Positions 1-8,722 are shown, counted from the stretch's first letter. The stretch: 32,000 nt of DNA from Candidatus Saccharimonadota bacterium (GCA_963716945.1 OY970322.1:720001-752000); one strand, 5' to 3'. Numbers and translations are program-made. Notes: a model not told the origin generated them from the sequence alone.

Positions 1-2
1 GC

Positions 3-548
3 CGGGAAACGCTCCAAACGGCCGGCGGTTTCGCCGCCGTCAAGCGCAAAGCCATACCCGAGAGCTATTTCGCCAGGCAGGCGGCCGGGTCTCAGGACGG
101 CTATAGTTTCATGCGCTCGGATACCGCCATAGGTATCACCAGCCGGAAAGAAACTGCCGAACAGCTGGCAACCACAGTACGGACCCGCTACCCGCAGCTG
201 CACCGGCGGCCTGAGCTGGTGGCCCTGGTCAGCTTGGCTGAGTTCAGCGTTTTGGCGGCGCCGCTGATCCTGGCGGCAGGCGCTGTGGCGTCACGGCACT
301 GGCTCCTGGCGGTCTTGTCGGCCGCGGCCTATGCCGTGGGAGCCGCCGGTTACGGCGAAGTGGTCAGCCTCACCTACCGCAAGTTTCTTGTAAGGAGCCT
401 GTGGCTATTCCCGATGGCGGCCATTTATGATATCGGAATTCTGAATTACTCGATGTGGCAGTACGAGTTTCGGGAGGTTATCTGGAAAGGCCGGAATATT
501 TGTATTCCGGTGATGCGCGTAGTGCCCGATCTGCCCAAACTTAACTGA
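3..548 (+). CDS. C-terminal part of a membrane glycosyltransferase-like protein (GT2/GT21-like); 5' end lies outside the window
   Basis: The frame of ORF 111..548 stays open back to nt 3 (RETLQTAGGFAAVKRKAIPESYF...). It has hydrophobic helices (LVALVSLAEFSVLAAPLILAAGAV, LLAVLSAAAYAVGAAGY) and a C-terminal W-K-G-R (VIWKGRNI), like the membrane tail of family 2/21 glycosyltransferases. The family call is from motif memory only. Confidence 0.4.
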   Translation, partial: RETLQTAGGFAAVKRKAIPESYFARQAAGSQDGYSFMRSDTAIGITSRKETAEQLATTVRTRYPQLHRRPELVALVSLAEFSVLAAPLILAAGAVASRHWLLAVLSAAAYAVGAAGYGEVVSLTYRKFLVRSLWLFPMAAIYDIGILNYSMWQYEFREVIWKGRNICIPVMRVVPDLPKLN

Positions 549-552
549 CCGC

Positions 553-1683
553 TCACCCCCGGGCCTGGGGGCCCGTATCCTGTAAGTTAGGTACAAAGAC
601 CGTGAATGTCGAGCCCTTGTTAAGCTCGCTTTTGAGATCAACCTCGGCGTGGATTAACCGAACCAGTTTCATAGTTACGTAGAGGCCCAATCCGGTACCG
701 TTGGCTTGGCGCGTCCGATAATCCTCCGAGCGGAAGAACTTGTCAAACACCCGCTCCTGGTCGCTCTTACTGATACCTATGCCCGTATCCTGCACCGTGA
801 AACGCACGCCTTTGGGCTCGGCCGACGCGCTTAAGGTCACCCGCCCCTTAGCCGTATATTTGACCGCGTTGGTAATGAAGTTCTGGAGAATTTCCCGCAC
901 GTAAAGCTTGCTGGTGTAGAGAAGTTCGAGTTTCGGGTCAAGCGCCGTCTTGAGCGCCAGACCCTTGGCTTTGGCCTGCGGGGCGTAATTGCTAGCCAGC
1001 TCTGTCAGGAGTTCGTGGACGTTAATCGGTTCGACCTCGATTTTAAGCTTGCCCCGTTCGGCCCGGCTAAGGGTCGACAGGTCGTTCATCATATCGGCCA
1101 GGAACAGAACCTGGTTATGGGCCTCCCTGAGCGCCTGCTTGATAGCCGCCATGTCGCCCGACTTCTCAACTATGAACTGGGCATTGCCGATATTGCCCTC
1201 GGCAATAGCGATCGGCGTCCGAAGTTCATGGCTGACGACACTGATGAATTCGTCGCGCTCCTCTTCCAGTGATTTCTCCCTGGTTATGTCGCGCAGCAAC
1301 AGCACATAGCCGCGCTGGCCTTCCGAACCGTAGCCCAAACGGACCGGGGCAATGCTCAGGTACAGGTTGATCAGGCTGCCGTCGCCGTAACGCAAGCGCA
1401 AATCCCGGCTGGCAACGGGCATGGTCGTGTCCTTGACCATCGCCGTTATATCGTGGGACTGGTTATCTTTGTCCAGCGGCTTAAACAACAAGTCCAGACG
1501 GCTGCCGACCTTGATGGTGTTGACGTCGAATATGTTCAAGGCCGCACCGTTATACATGACGATTTTTATGTCTTCGTCAACCGCAATCACGGCATCGGCC
1601 ATACTGTTGATAAGGCTGGTTAAACGCTGGTGCTCCAACTGGTCGTTTTTGGCGTTGGCCGTGGTTTTTGGCTTAAGCGTCAT
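553..1683 (-). CDS. Soluble PAS-domain sensor histidine kinase
   Basis: 376 aa. PAS-like N-terminal region (LINSMADAVIAVDEDIKIVMYNGAA). HisKA H-box SVVSHELRTPIAIAEG, N-box EILQNFITNAVKYT, G1 VQDTGIGI, G2 GTGLGLYV. No obvious transmembrane segment. Confidence 0.9.
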   Translation of the reverse strand: MTLKPKTTANAKNDQLEHQRLTSLINSMADAVIAVDEDIKIVMYNGAALNIFDVNTIKVGSRLDLLFKPLDKDNQSHDITAMVKDTTMPVASRDLRLRYGDGSLINLYLSIAPVRLGYGSEGQRGYVLLLRDITREKSLEEERDEFISVVSHELRTPIAIAEGNIGNAQFIVEKSGDMAAIKQALREAHNQVLFLADMMNDLSTLSRAERGKLKIEVEPINVHELLTELASNYAPQAKAKGLALKTALDPKLELLYTSKLYVREILQNFITNAVKYTAKGRVTLSASAEPKGVRFTVQDTGIGISKSDQERVFDKFFRSEDYRTRQANGTGLGLYVTMKLVRLIHAEVDLKSELNKGSTFTVFVPNLQDTGPQARG

Positions 1684-1710
1684 GCTGTCTACATTATGCC
1701 ATATGTCCGT

Positions 1711-2427
1711 CTAGCCGGCAGCTTCAATGGCTTTCATCACCGGCTGGTGCTGCTTGAGGGCCCGTTTGAGCTCTGGTGTCGCCGGCAAAACCTCGCCCAT
1801 GGCCCGCCAGAAGTCCGGTCCGTGCCGGAGTATGCGCGTATGCGTCAGCTCGTGCAGCAGAACATAGTCAATTAGCTCCCAGGGCAACTGCATTAGAAAC
1901 AGGTTAAGCACGATGTGGCCGTGCTGGTCGCAACTGCCCCAGCGGCTCTTAAGCCGCTTGATGCTGACGTCGGAGTAGCGGAAGCCTTTAGCCTCGGCCA
2001 AACGGGCCAGGCGTTGCGGCAAAAGCTGTTCGGCCTGGCGCCGCAGGGCCCTGACGCCAGCTTCACGGGCGGCCTTTTGAACGGCCGGACTGTCGAAACT
2101 GGCGGTTAGCGGATAGTTAACAATGATAATGGTATCGGCCACGCGGCTGGTGACGCTTGTAGCCCCCGGCTTAGCCGCAAACCGCAAATGATGCGCCTTG
2201 CCGACGGCCTGCCCGGGCTGCAGGGGTACCGACTCTACAAGTTGGCTGCGGATCCACGCTTGGCGCGTCTTGGCGAAGTCCAAGCCCATGCGGTAAGGTG
2301 CCCAAGCGGGTATGCTGACCCTCACGTGGCCCGAAGGGGCAATACTCAGTCGCAGATGCCGGCTGGTACGGCGTTTGTAAATCGTGACGGCCAGGTCGCC
2401 GTCAAGCGTGAAATCTTTGCTTGGCAT
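1711..2427 (-). CDS. YgjP/DUF45-family (M48-like) zinc metallohydrolase
   Basis: 238 aa. SRWGSC followed by IDYVLLHELTHTRILRHGPDFW, i.e. WGSC plus the HExxH signature typical of DUF45/YgjP proteins. Confidence 0.8.
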   Translation of the reverse strand: MPSKDFTLDGDLAVTIYKRRTSRHLRLSIAPSGHVRVSIPAWAPYRMGLDFAKTRQAWIRSQLVESVPLQPGQAVGKAHHLRFAAKPGATSVTSRVADTIIIVNYPLTASFDSPAVQKAAREAGVRALRRQAEQLLPQRLARLAEAKGFRYSDVSIKRLKSRWGSCDQHGHIVLNLFLMQLPWELIDYVLLHELTHTRILRHGPDFWRAMGEVLPATPELKRALKQHQPVMKAIEAAG

Positions 2428-2441
2428 AAATTATCCGGCAA

Positions 2442-3101
2442 CTAGCGAATTGAGACGTTACGCCGCCCGGTGTTGTAACGGCCCTGATGCTTGGGAACGA
2501 GGTTAACCAGGCCCGGCTTGATAACCCGCGAGCTGGCATCGTTGTGGTCAAGAACGCCTTTGCTGCGAAGCTTGCTGATAACGGCGCTTTGCTGCATGTT
2601 GAACAAGTGCTTGCCGCTGATAACGGCATAATCTTCGCCTGGCGAAGGGTTTTGCATCTGGGCAACGACGTTGTCATAGGTCGTGCGGTCCCACTGGGCC
2701 GCGTATTTGTCGTCGGCCCGCCGGCGGTCACGCTTGATATTGCGGCCAAAAGCCGTCTCCTGGTCCATCTGGAACCAGACCAATAGCGGCTGGGCGCCGT
2801 ACTTATAGGCCATTTCGTATAAGTGGCGGCGCTGCTTGAGCCGGCCGGCATTAACGTCGTAAGCGACACTCAAGCCGGCTGACAGGAACTCTTCGGTCAT
2901 GTAGTCCATCAGCTGGCTGACGACGTCGTTCTCCTGCTTGTCGTAACGCGGCGATTCAAAAAGTTCGCCGCGGATGCGGTCGGACTGCAAATGGGCGGCC
3001 TGGACGTTGTCGCAAAACTGGCGGGCAAAGTAAGTTTTGCCGGCGCCCGGATACCCATAGAACAACAACAAAAAGGGTTTCGTGGGGTATATCTTGGCCA
3101 T
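2442..3101 (-). CDS. P-loop ATP-binding protein, AAA_33/zeta-toxin-like small kinase
   Basis: Walker A GYPGAGKTYFARQF near the N-terminus; about 220 aa. Preferred start is ATG at 3101, preceded by AAGGG 5 nt upstream. The ORF-track GTG start at 3128 is the alternative. Confidence 0.6.
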   Translation of the reverse strand: MAKIYPTKPFLLLFYGYPGAGKTYFARQFCDNVQAAHLQSDRIRGELFESPRYDKQENDVVSQLMDYMTEEFLSAGLSVAYDVNAGRLKQRRHLYEMAYKYGAQPLLVWFQMDQETAFGRNIKRDRRRADDKYAAQWDRTTYDNVVAQMQNPSPGEDYAVISGKHLFNMQQSAVISKLRSKGVLDHNDASSRVIKPGLVNLVPKHQGRYNTGRRNVSIR

Positions 3102-3150
3102 AGTACCCTTATGTATAGCAGATTTCACAGCCTTTGAAAAGCTAAAACAG

Positions 3151-3179
3151 ATGACAATTCGTTTTTTTTACAGTATCAT
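3151..3179 (+). promoter_or_regulatory. Candidate sigma70-type promoter for tRNA-Trp (and possibly the downstream HAD gene)
   Basis: ATGACA (3151-3156), 17-nt spacer, TATCAT (3174-3179), 10 nt before the tRNA 5' end. Pattern match by eye only. Confidence 0.35.
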
Positions 3180-3189
3180 AGCCAGGCCT

Positions 3190-3264
3190 AGGGGCATAGT
3201 ACAACGGCTAGTATAAGGGTCTCCAAAACCCTAGATCGTGGTTCGATTCCACGTGCCCCTGCCA
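3190..3264 (+). tRNA. tRNA-Trp (anticodon CCA), 3' CCA encoded
   Basis: Hand-folded cloverleaf: acceptor AGGGGCA/TGCCCCT, D arm GTAC..GTAT, anticodon arm AGGGT-CTCCAAA-ACCCT (anticodon CCA), T arm CGTGG-TTCGATT-CCACG, discriminator G, CCA. Confidence 0.9.
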
Positions 3265-3273
3265 GACGTAGAT

Positions 3274-3951
3274 ATGCCTGAAAACACCACTTTTTTCGTA
3301 GATTTCGACAGCGCGTTGGTGCCGCGCGAGACTCTTGACGACCTGGCCGCGCTGGCCTTGGACAGCCACCCTGAACGCGAGACGCGTCATGCGCAGCTGG
3401 AAGCCCTGACCGCTCACGGTATGGCCGGTTCAATGCCTTTTGACGCTTCGCTTACCGCCCGGCTGGCCTTGCTTGAGGGAATAGCGCATCGCCGGCACAT
3501 CGACGAACTGAACGGGCAGCTGGCCGGAAATTTAAGCCCGTCAGCCGAGGCTACCTCGGATTGGTTTACGGCTAACGCCAGCGATATTTATGTCATATCC
3601 GGCGGTTTCGAAGAGATTATCATACCGACGGTCGCGCCGCTTGGCATTTGGGCGACTCATGTTTACGCCAACCGGTTTTTGTTTGACGAAGACGGCTATA
3701 TTGTCGGCCACGACACCGGCCGCTTGACCGCCCAAGCCGGCGGCAAAGCCGCGCAGGCAGCCAAGCTGCAGATAGCCGGCCGGAAGGTTGCGGTCGGCGA
3801 CGGTTATACCGACCTGGAAATCCGCGAACAGGGTGCGGCCGATGAGTTTTGGGCCTTTATCGAAACCGTGGAAAGGCCCAGTGTCGTGGCCCGGGCCGAC
3901 CGTGTCATCGGCGACTTTGCCGAACTTGCTTTAAACCAGCCGGCATATTGA
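3274..3951 (+). CDS. HAD-IB family hydrolase, phosphoserine phosphatase (SerB)-like
   Basis: Motif I FFVDFDSAL, motif II VISGGFEEII, motif IV VAVGDGYTDLE. The ORF-track start at 3238 overlaps the tRNA-Trp 3' half, so the in-frame ATG at 3274 (MPENTTFFVDFD) is preferred. Confidence 0.7.
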   Translation: MPENTTFFVDFDSALVPRETLDDLAALALDSHPERETRHAQLEALTAHGMAGSMPFDASLTARLALLEGIAHRRHIDELNGQLAGNLSPSAEATSDWFTANASDIYVISGGFEEIIIPTVAPLGIWATHVYANRFLFDEDGYIVGHDTGRLTAQAGGKAAQAAKLQIAGRKVAVGDGYTDLEIREQGAADEFWAFIETVERPSVVARADRVIGDFAELALNQPAY

Positions 3952-4048
3952 TATAAATCATCTGGTAATATGCTTGTGCTAGCCAGCTTAAATGCCTATA
4001 CTTAGGAGCGTAAAACTAAAAAGCGGGGAGACCGCGCAAAAGGGGTTG

Positions 4049-5254
4049 ATGAAGATACTGATGCTTGGCTGGGAGCTGCCGCCTTATAACAGTGGCGGGC
4101 TAGGGGTAGCATGCTACCAGTTGTGCAAAGCCCTTTCCGTAAAAGGCGTCGACATCGAATTCATCCTGCCTTACCAGGCCGACCATGATATTGACTTTAT
4201 GACCGTTACCGCCGCCCACCCCCAGGACGTGGCCAGCGTCGTCCGGGCCGGTATCGCCTATGACAGTTACAAGTATATTTTAGAAGACGGCAGCGAGCAG
4301 TGGCTCAATGTCCACCAGCAACAACAGTTATATGAAGAGGCGGCCGCCAGGCTGGCCGAAAAGAAAGAGTTCGATATCGTCCACGCCCACGACTGGCTGA
4401 CTTTCCGGGCCGCCCTGCGTATCAGGGCGATGAGAAACTGCCCTATCGTACTGCACGTCCACTCCGTCGAGTCCGACCGGGCCGGCAGCCAGTACGGCAA
4501 CCCGGAGGTCCAGGAGATAGAGGCCATTGCCCTGCAGCTGGCCGACCAGATCGTCGCCGTCAGCCAGCACACCAAACGCGCCATTATGCGCGACTACGGC
4601 ATACCGGCTGACAAAATCAGGGTCATCCACAACAGCATTGACGTCACCAAGATAACGCCGCTCGATGACGTCAACTCGTACCGCTACCTCAGCCTGATGA
4701 AGAGCCTCGGCTACCACGTGGTAGTCAATGTCGGCCGACTGACCGTGCAAAAGGGCCTGCCTAACCTGTTGCGCGCCATGCAAAAAGTCATCGCCAAGGA
4801 GCCCAAGACACTGTTATTGCTGGTCGGCAGCGGCGAGCAGTATAACGAACTGATAAAGCTGTCTGCCAAACTCGGTATCGGGCCGAACGTGCTCTTCGCC
4901 GATTTCCAGCGCGGCAAGAGGTGGCGTGATGCTTTCGCGATTGGCGACCTGTTTGTCATGCCGTCGGTGTCCGAGCCTTTCGGCCTGACGCCGTTGGAAG
5001 CAATCAGCTACGGCACCCCGGCCTTAATCAGTAAGCAATCCGGCGTCAGCGAGGTCCTGAATAACTGTCTCAAGGTCGACTATTGGGACATAGACGAAAT
5101 GGCCAACAAGATTACCGGTGCCGTCCGGAGCGATGCTTTGCGCGACGAACTTTGGCGTAATGCCCACCGTGAGTATTTGCGCCTGTCATGGGACGATGCC
5201 GCCGACAAGGTCAGCCACCTTTACCACCAACAGCTAGCCGGAGTAGCAGCGTGA
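4049..5254 (+). CDS. Glycogen/starch-synthase-like glycosyltransferase (GT4/GT5, GT-B fold)
   Basis: N-terminus MKILMLGWELPPYNSGGLGVACYQLCKAL (the K-x-GGL type motif of glucan synthases) and C-terminal EPFGLTPLEA motif. Start ATG 4049 is preceded by AAAGGGG; the ORF-track start at 3992 is the alternative. Confidence 0.75.
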   Translation: MKILMLGWELPPYNSGGLGVACYQLCKALSVKGVDIEFILPYQADHDIDFMTVTAAHPQDVASVVRAGIAYDSYKYILEDGSEQWLNVHQQQQLYEEAAARLAEKKEFDIVHAHDWLTFRAALRIRAMRNCPIVLHVHSVESDRAGSQYGNPEVQEIEAIALQLADQIVAVSQHTKRAIMRDYGIPADKIRVIHNSIDVTKITPLDDVNSYRYLSLMKSLGYHVVVNVGRLTVQKGLPNLLRAMQKVIAKEPKTLLLLVGSGEQYNELIKLSAKLGIGPNVLFADFQRGKRWRDAFAIGDLFVMPSVSEPFGLTPLEAISYGTPALISKQSGVSEVLNNCLKVDYWDIDEMANKITGAVRSDALRDELWRNAHREYLRLSWDDAADKVSHLYHQQLAGVAA

Positions 5255-6459
5255 AAAAGGCCCTAGTCCTCTACCTGCACGTCCACCAGCCCTACCGTGT
5301 CCGGCACTACACGGTGTTCGACAGCGGCTTGAAGCATGATTATTTTGACGCGGGTTATGAGGACCAGACCAGCAACGAACGGATACTCAAAAAAGTAGCC
5401 GAAAAGTCTTACCTGCCGGCCAATGCCAGGCTCCTGCAGTTGCTGCAAGATAACCCCGACTTCAAACTCAGCCTGTCTATCACCGGCACGATTATTGAAC
5501 AGATGGAACGCTGGGCGCCTGAAACTCTGGAATCATTCAAGCGGCTGACCGATACCGGCCGCGTCGAAATACTGGCCGAAACATACCACCATAGCTTGGC
5601 TTTCTTCTATTCCAGAGAGGAATTTGAAATCCAGGTCGGCATGCACGCCCGCAAGGTCCAGGAAGTTTTCGGCCAGACGCCGCAGGTCTTCCGCAACACC
5701 GAGCTGGCGTATAACAATGACCTGGCCTACTGGGCCGAACAAGCCGGCTACAAAGGCGTCCTGGCCGAAGGCTGGGATCCCGTACTCGGCTGGCGCAGCC
5801 CTAACTATGTTTACCGGCCGGCTTATACCGACCGTATCCGTCTGCTGATGAAGAATTATAAGCTGAGCGATGACATCGCCTTCCGCTTCGGCGACCATGA
5901 CTGGTCGGAGTGGCCGCTGACCGCCGATAAGTTCTCGCACTGGCTGAGTTCCGACGATAAGGCCACGAATTTCAACTTGTTCATGGATTATGAGACCTTC
6001 GGCGAACACCAATGGGACGATTCGGGAATTTTCAATTTCTTGGACCACCTGCCCAGAGAGTGGCTCAAAACCGAAGGCCACACTTTCATGATGGTCAGCG
6101 AGACGATTGACAGCTTCGAGCCGGTCGACCAGGTCGACGTGCCTCACACCATCACGTGGGCCGACACCGAACGCGACTTGTCTGCGTGGCTCGGCAACCC
6201 CATGCAAACCTCGTCCATCGACGCTCTCTACGGCCTGAGCGACAAGATTATCGGTACCGGCGACTTCGCGCTTATCGAAGATTGGCGGCGGCTGCAGACA
6301 TCCGACCATTTCTACTATATGTGCACCAAGTGGTTTAACGACGGTGACATCCATGCTTATTTCAGTCCTTATGACACGCCTTACGAAGCTTATATGAACT
6401 TCATGAATGCTTACCGTGATATACAGTTCCGCTTAGGCGAGAAAGGCGTCCAATTATGA
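5251..6459 (+). CDS. Glycoside hydrolase family 57 (alpha-amylase / alpha-glucan-processing enzyme)
   Basis: N-terminal LVLYLHVHQPYRV (GH57 HQP motif), FRNTELAYN and MDYETFGEH regions. Preferred start GTG 5251 overlaps the upstream TGA (GTGA) and has GGAG 7 nt upstream. The ORF-track start at 5188 would overlap the GT gene by 67 nt. Confidence 0.8.
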   Translation: MKKALVLYLHVHQPYRVRHYTVFDSGLKHDYFDAGYEDQTSNERILKKVAEKSYLPANARLLQLLQDNPDFKLSLSITGTIIEQMERWAPETLESFKRLTDTGRVEILAETYHHSLAFFYSREEFEIQVGMHARKVQEVFGQTPQVFRNTELAYNNDLAYWAEQAGYKGVLAEGWDPVLGWRSPNYVYRPAYTDRIRLLMKNYKLSDDIAFRFGDHDWSEWPLTADKFSHWLSSDDKATNFNLFMDYETFGEHQWDDSGIFNFLDHLPREWLKTEGHTFMMVSETIDSFEPVDQVDVPHTITWADTERDLSAWLGNPMQTSSIDALYGLSDKIIGTGDFALIEDWRRLQTSDHFYYMCTKWFNDGDIHAYFSPYDTPYEAYMNFMNAYRDIQFRLGEKGVQL

Positions 6460-6475
6460 GCAAAGGGGGTGGGTT

Positions 6476-8407
6476 GTGGCTAGACCGGTAGTTTTGAGTA
6501 ACGGACAGGTGTTTGTCGGGCTTGACGAGCGCGGCCTGGTCCATGACTTTTATTATCCTTACGTCGGATTGGACAACCTGACTAACGCCCGCAGCAGCCA
6601 GCACAAGATCGGCGTCTGGGTAGACGGCCAATTCAGCTGGACCGACGACGGCTCCTGGGACATAACCGTTGACATGGAGCAGGACGCCTTGATCAGTAAC
6701 GTTCGGATGAAATCCCCCAAACTGGGCATCACCATAGACTTTTTGGACTTTATCGACATCGAATATAACGCCCTGGTGCGCTGCATGAAAGTTACCAACG
6801 AGCACGATAGCGAACGGGATATAAGAGTGTTCATGCACCAGGTTTTTCAGATCTCGCGGGCCGGCCGGGCCGACACGGCGCTGTTCGTGCCGGAAGATAA
6901 CTACATATTGGACTATAAGGGCCGCTGCTGCCTGCTGATAGCCGGCAAAACCAGCGCCGGCCAGACTTTCGACCAGTACGCCGTCGGTAACTATGAAGTC
7001 GAGGGCAAAGTCGGCACCTTCAAGGATGCCGAAGACGGCGAGTTATCGGACAACCCGGTCGAACACGGCGGAGTCGACAGCGTTTTGCGCTTCCGCAACG
7101 TTACCGGCGCCCACGAGTGGTTCGGCATCGATTATTGGGTAGTGGCCGCCAATAGCCAGTCTGACGCCCAAGTAGCCCACACTTACTTCAAGTATTACCC
7201 GGTTGAGCAGCGCATTGACAGCGTTCGCAAACACTGGCAGGAATGGCTGGCGCCGGCCGCCAAACAGCTTCAGAAAATTCCGCCCGACGCCCTGCCCCTG
7301 ACCACCAAAAGCCTCCTGATCATCAAGGCCCACTGCGATGACCGCGGCTCGGTACTGGCCAGCGGCGACTCCAATATCTTCAATTACGGACGCGATTATT
7401 ACTGCTACTGCTGGCCGCGCGACGCCGCGTACGCCATTTGGCCGCTGATCCGGCTGGGAATTTACGACGAAGCTAAGCACTTCTTCGAATTCGCCCGCGA
7501 TACCATGCACCGCGACGGTTACTTAATGCACAAATACCAGCCCGACCGCGCCATCGGCAGCACCTGGCACCCTTTGGTGCACAACCGGCACAAGGAGCTG
7601 GCCATCCAAGAAGACGAGACGGCCAGCGTGATTTACATGATCGGCGAATATTACAAGTACAGCCAGGACAAAACCCTGGTGATGAACTTCTACCACACCT
7701 TCATCAAGCCGTGCGCCACGTTTATCGCCAATTTCATTGATGACGCGACCGACCTGCCGCATGCCAGTTATGACCTTTGGGAAGAGAAGTTCCTGACCAG
7801 TACCTATACGACCTGCACGGTTATCGCCGGCCTGGAGGCCGCGGCCGAACTGGCAACCGTCGTCGAGCACCCCGATGACGCGGTAGTGTGGGAGAGGGCC
7901 GCCGAACGCATCAAAGGCGCTATGGACAAGCTCTACCACCCGGACGGCTATTACCGCAAGGGCTTTTTGCTGCAACCCGACGGCAGCCTTAGCTATGATG
8001 ACACGCTGGACATCTCAAGCTTCTTCGGGCCGTTCATGTTCGGCCAGCTGGAGCTGGACGACCCGAAACTGCTCAGCACGCTGCAGCATGTCGAGTCGCG
8101 TCTGTTAAACTCGTCTCCCATCGGCGGCGTCATTCGTTACGAACATGACAATTACTTCCTGAAGAAACACCAGTACAAGGGCAACCCCTGGATTGTCTGC
8201 ACGCTGTGGCTGGCCCAGTATTATAAGGCCGTCGGCCGGGTCGAGGATGCTACCAAACTGCTTGAGTGGGCGGCCGACCGCGGCTTCCCGAGCGGCGCCC
8301 TGAGCGAACAGTTTGACCCGGACACCGGTATCGCCCTCGGCGTAACGCCGTTGGTCTGGAGCCACGCCGAAACGGTCAACACGGTGCTGGACCTGAGCAA
8401 GAGTTAG
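6476..8407 (+). CDS. Glycoside hydrolase family 15 (glucoamylase/glucodextranase-like)
   Basis: 643 aa with an N-terminal beta-sandwich-sized region plus an (alpha/alpha)6-type region. Contains YCYCWPRDAAY (the W-x-RD motif of GH15), LWEE and PLVWSHAE. GTG start preceded by AAAGGGGGTGGG. Confidence 0.8.
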   Translation: MARPVVLSNGQVFVGLDERGLVHDFYYPYVGLDNLTNARSSQHKIGVWVDGQFSWTDDGSWDITVDMEQDALISNVRMKSPKLGITIDFLDFIDIEYNALVRCMKVTNEHDSERDIRVFMHQVFQISRAGRADTALFVPEDNYILDYKGRCCLLIAGKTSAGQTFDQYAVGNYEVEGKVGTFKDAEDGELSDNPVEHGGVDSVLRFRNVTGAHEWFGIDYWVVAANSQSDAQVAHTYFKYYPVEQRIDSVRKHWQEWLAPAAKQLQKIPPDALPLTTKSLLIIKAHCDDRGSVLASGDSNIFNYGRDYYCYCWPRDAAYAIWPLIRLGIYDEAKHFFEFARDTMHRDGYLMHKYQPDRAIGSTWHPLVHNRHKELAIQEDETASVIYMIGEYYKYSQDKTLVMNFYHTFIKPCATFIANFIDDATDLPHASYDLWEEKFLTSTYTTCTVIAGLEAAAELATVVEHPDDAVVWERAAERIKGAMDKLYHPDGYYRKGFLLQPDGSLSYDDTLDISSFFGPFMFGQLELDDPKLLSTLQHVESRLLNSSPIGGVIRYEHDNYFLKKHQYKGNPWIVCTLWLAQYYKAVGRVEDATKLLEWAADRGFPSGALSEQFDPDTGIALGVTPLVWSHAETVNTVLDLSKS

Positions 8408-8410
8408 GTC

Positions 8411-8611
8411 TCAGCGCTTGGGCGCTTCGTTGCGGCCGAGGTTTTTCTTGGTCTCGGTGAAGACTACGTGCCGGCGCAGCTTGGGGCTGTACTTCTTAAG
8501 GCTAAGCTTGTCGGGCGTGTTCATAGTGTTCTTGGTCGTGTAATACAGGCGCTCGCCGCTCTCTTCGGAAACGAGGCCGATAATCTTGCGTTTGTCGCCT
8601 TTTTTTGCCAT
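8411..8611 (-). CDS. rpmG: 50S ribosomal protein L33, Cys-less (zinc-independent) form with C-terminal extension
   Basis: [56 protein letters not shown] matches the L33 pattern (YxTxKN..NTP.+L.LKKY.P..R+H..+.E.K). Both CxxC pairs are replaced (SEES, SPKL). Confidence 0.85.
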   Translation of the reverse strand: MAKKGDKRKIIGLVSEESGERLYYTTKNTMNTPDKLSLKKYSPKLRRHVVFTETKKNLGRNEAPKR

Positions 8612-8690
8612 AAACTTGTTTGCGCCTTTACTTAATAAAACTTAATTATATCTATCTTAACAGATGTGAAACGGGTTGTAAATATCCGTC

Positions 8691-8722
8691 ATACAAAAAT
8701 ACCGGCTGATCAAACCGGTATT
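8691..8722 (-). terminator. Weak candidate rho-independent terminator downstream of tRNA-Thr(TGT)
   Basis: Minus strand reads AATACCGG-TTTGATCAG-CCGGTATT followed by TTTGTAT. The 8-bp stem is 8698-8705 / 8715-8722, and only 4 of its pairs are GC. Confidence 0.35.

Noticed and set aside
541-575. CCCCC-GGGCCT-GGGGG hairpin at the GT/HK convergent junction as a bidirectional terminator
   Set aside because: No flanking T- or A-runs. It lies inside the histidine-kinase 3' coding sequence (GPQARG*) and its GC-richness is explained by the codons. It is mentioned only in the context of gapless convergent junctions.
3188-3433. Minus-strand ORFs 3188..3433 and 3208..3417, and the 3238 start of the HAD gene
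   Set aside because: All overlap tRNA-Trp (3190..3264). The HAD gene has a clean in-frame ATG at 3274 just before its DxD motif.
5188-5250. Extended GH57 N-terminus overlapping the glycosyltransferase gene
   Set aside because: The GTG at 5251 forms a GTGA overlap with the upstream stop and has GGAG 7 nt upstream. The extension (MGRCRRQGQPPLPPTASRSSS) is low-complexity.
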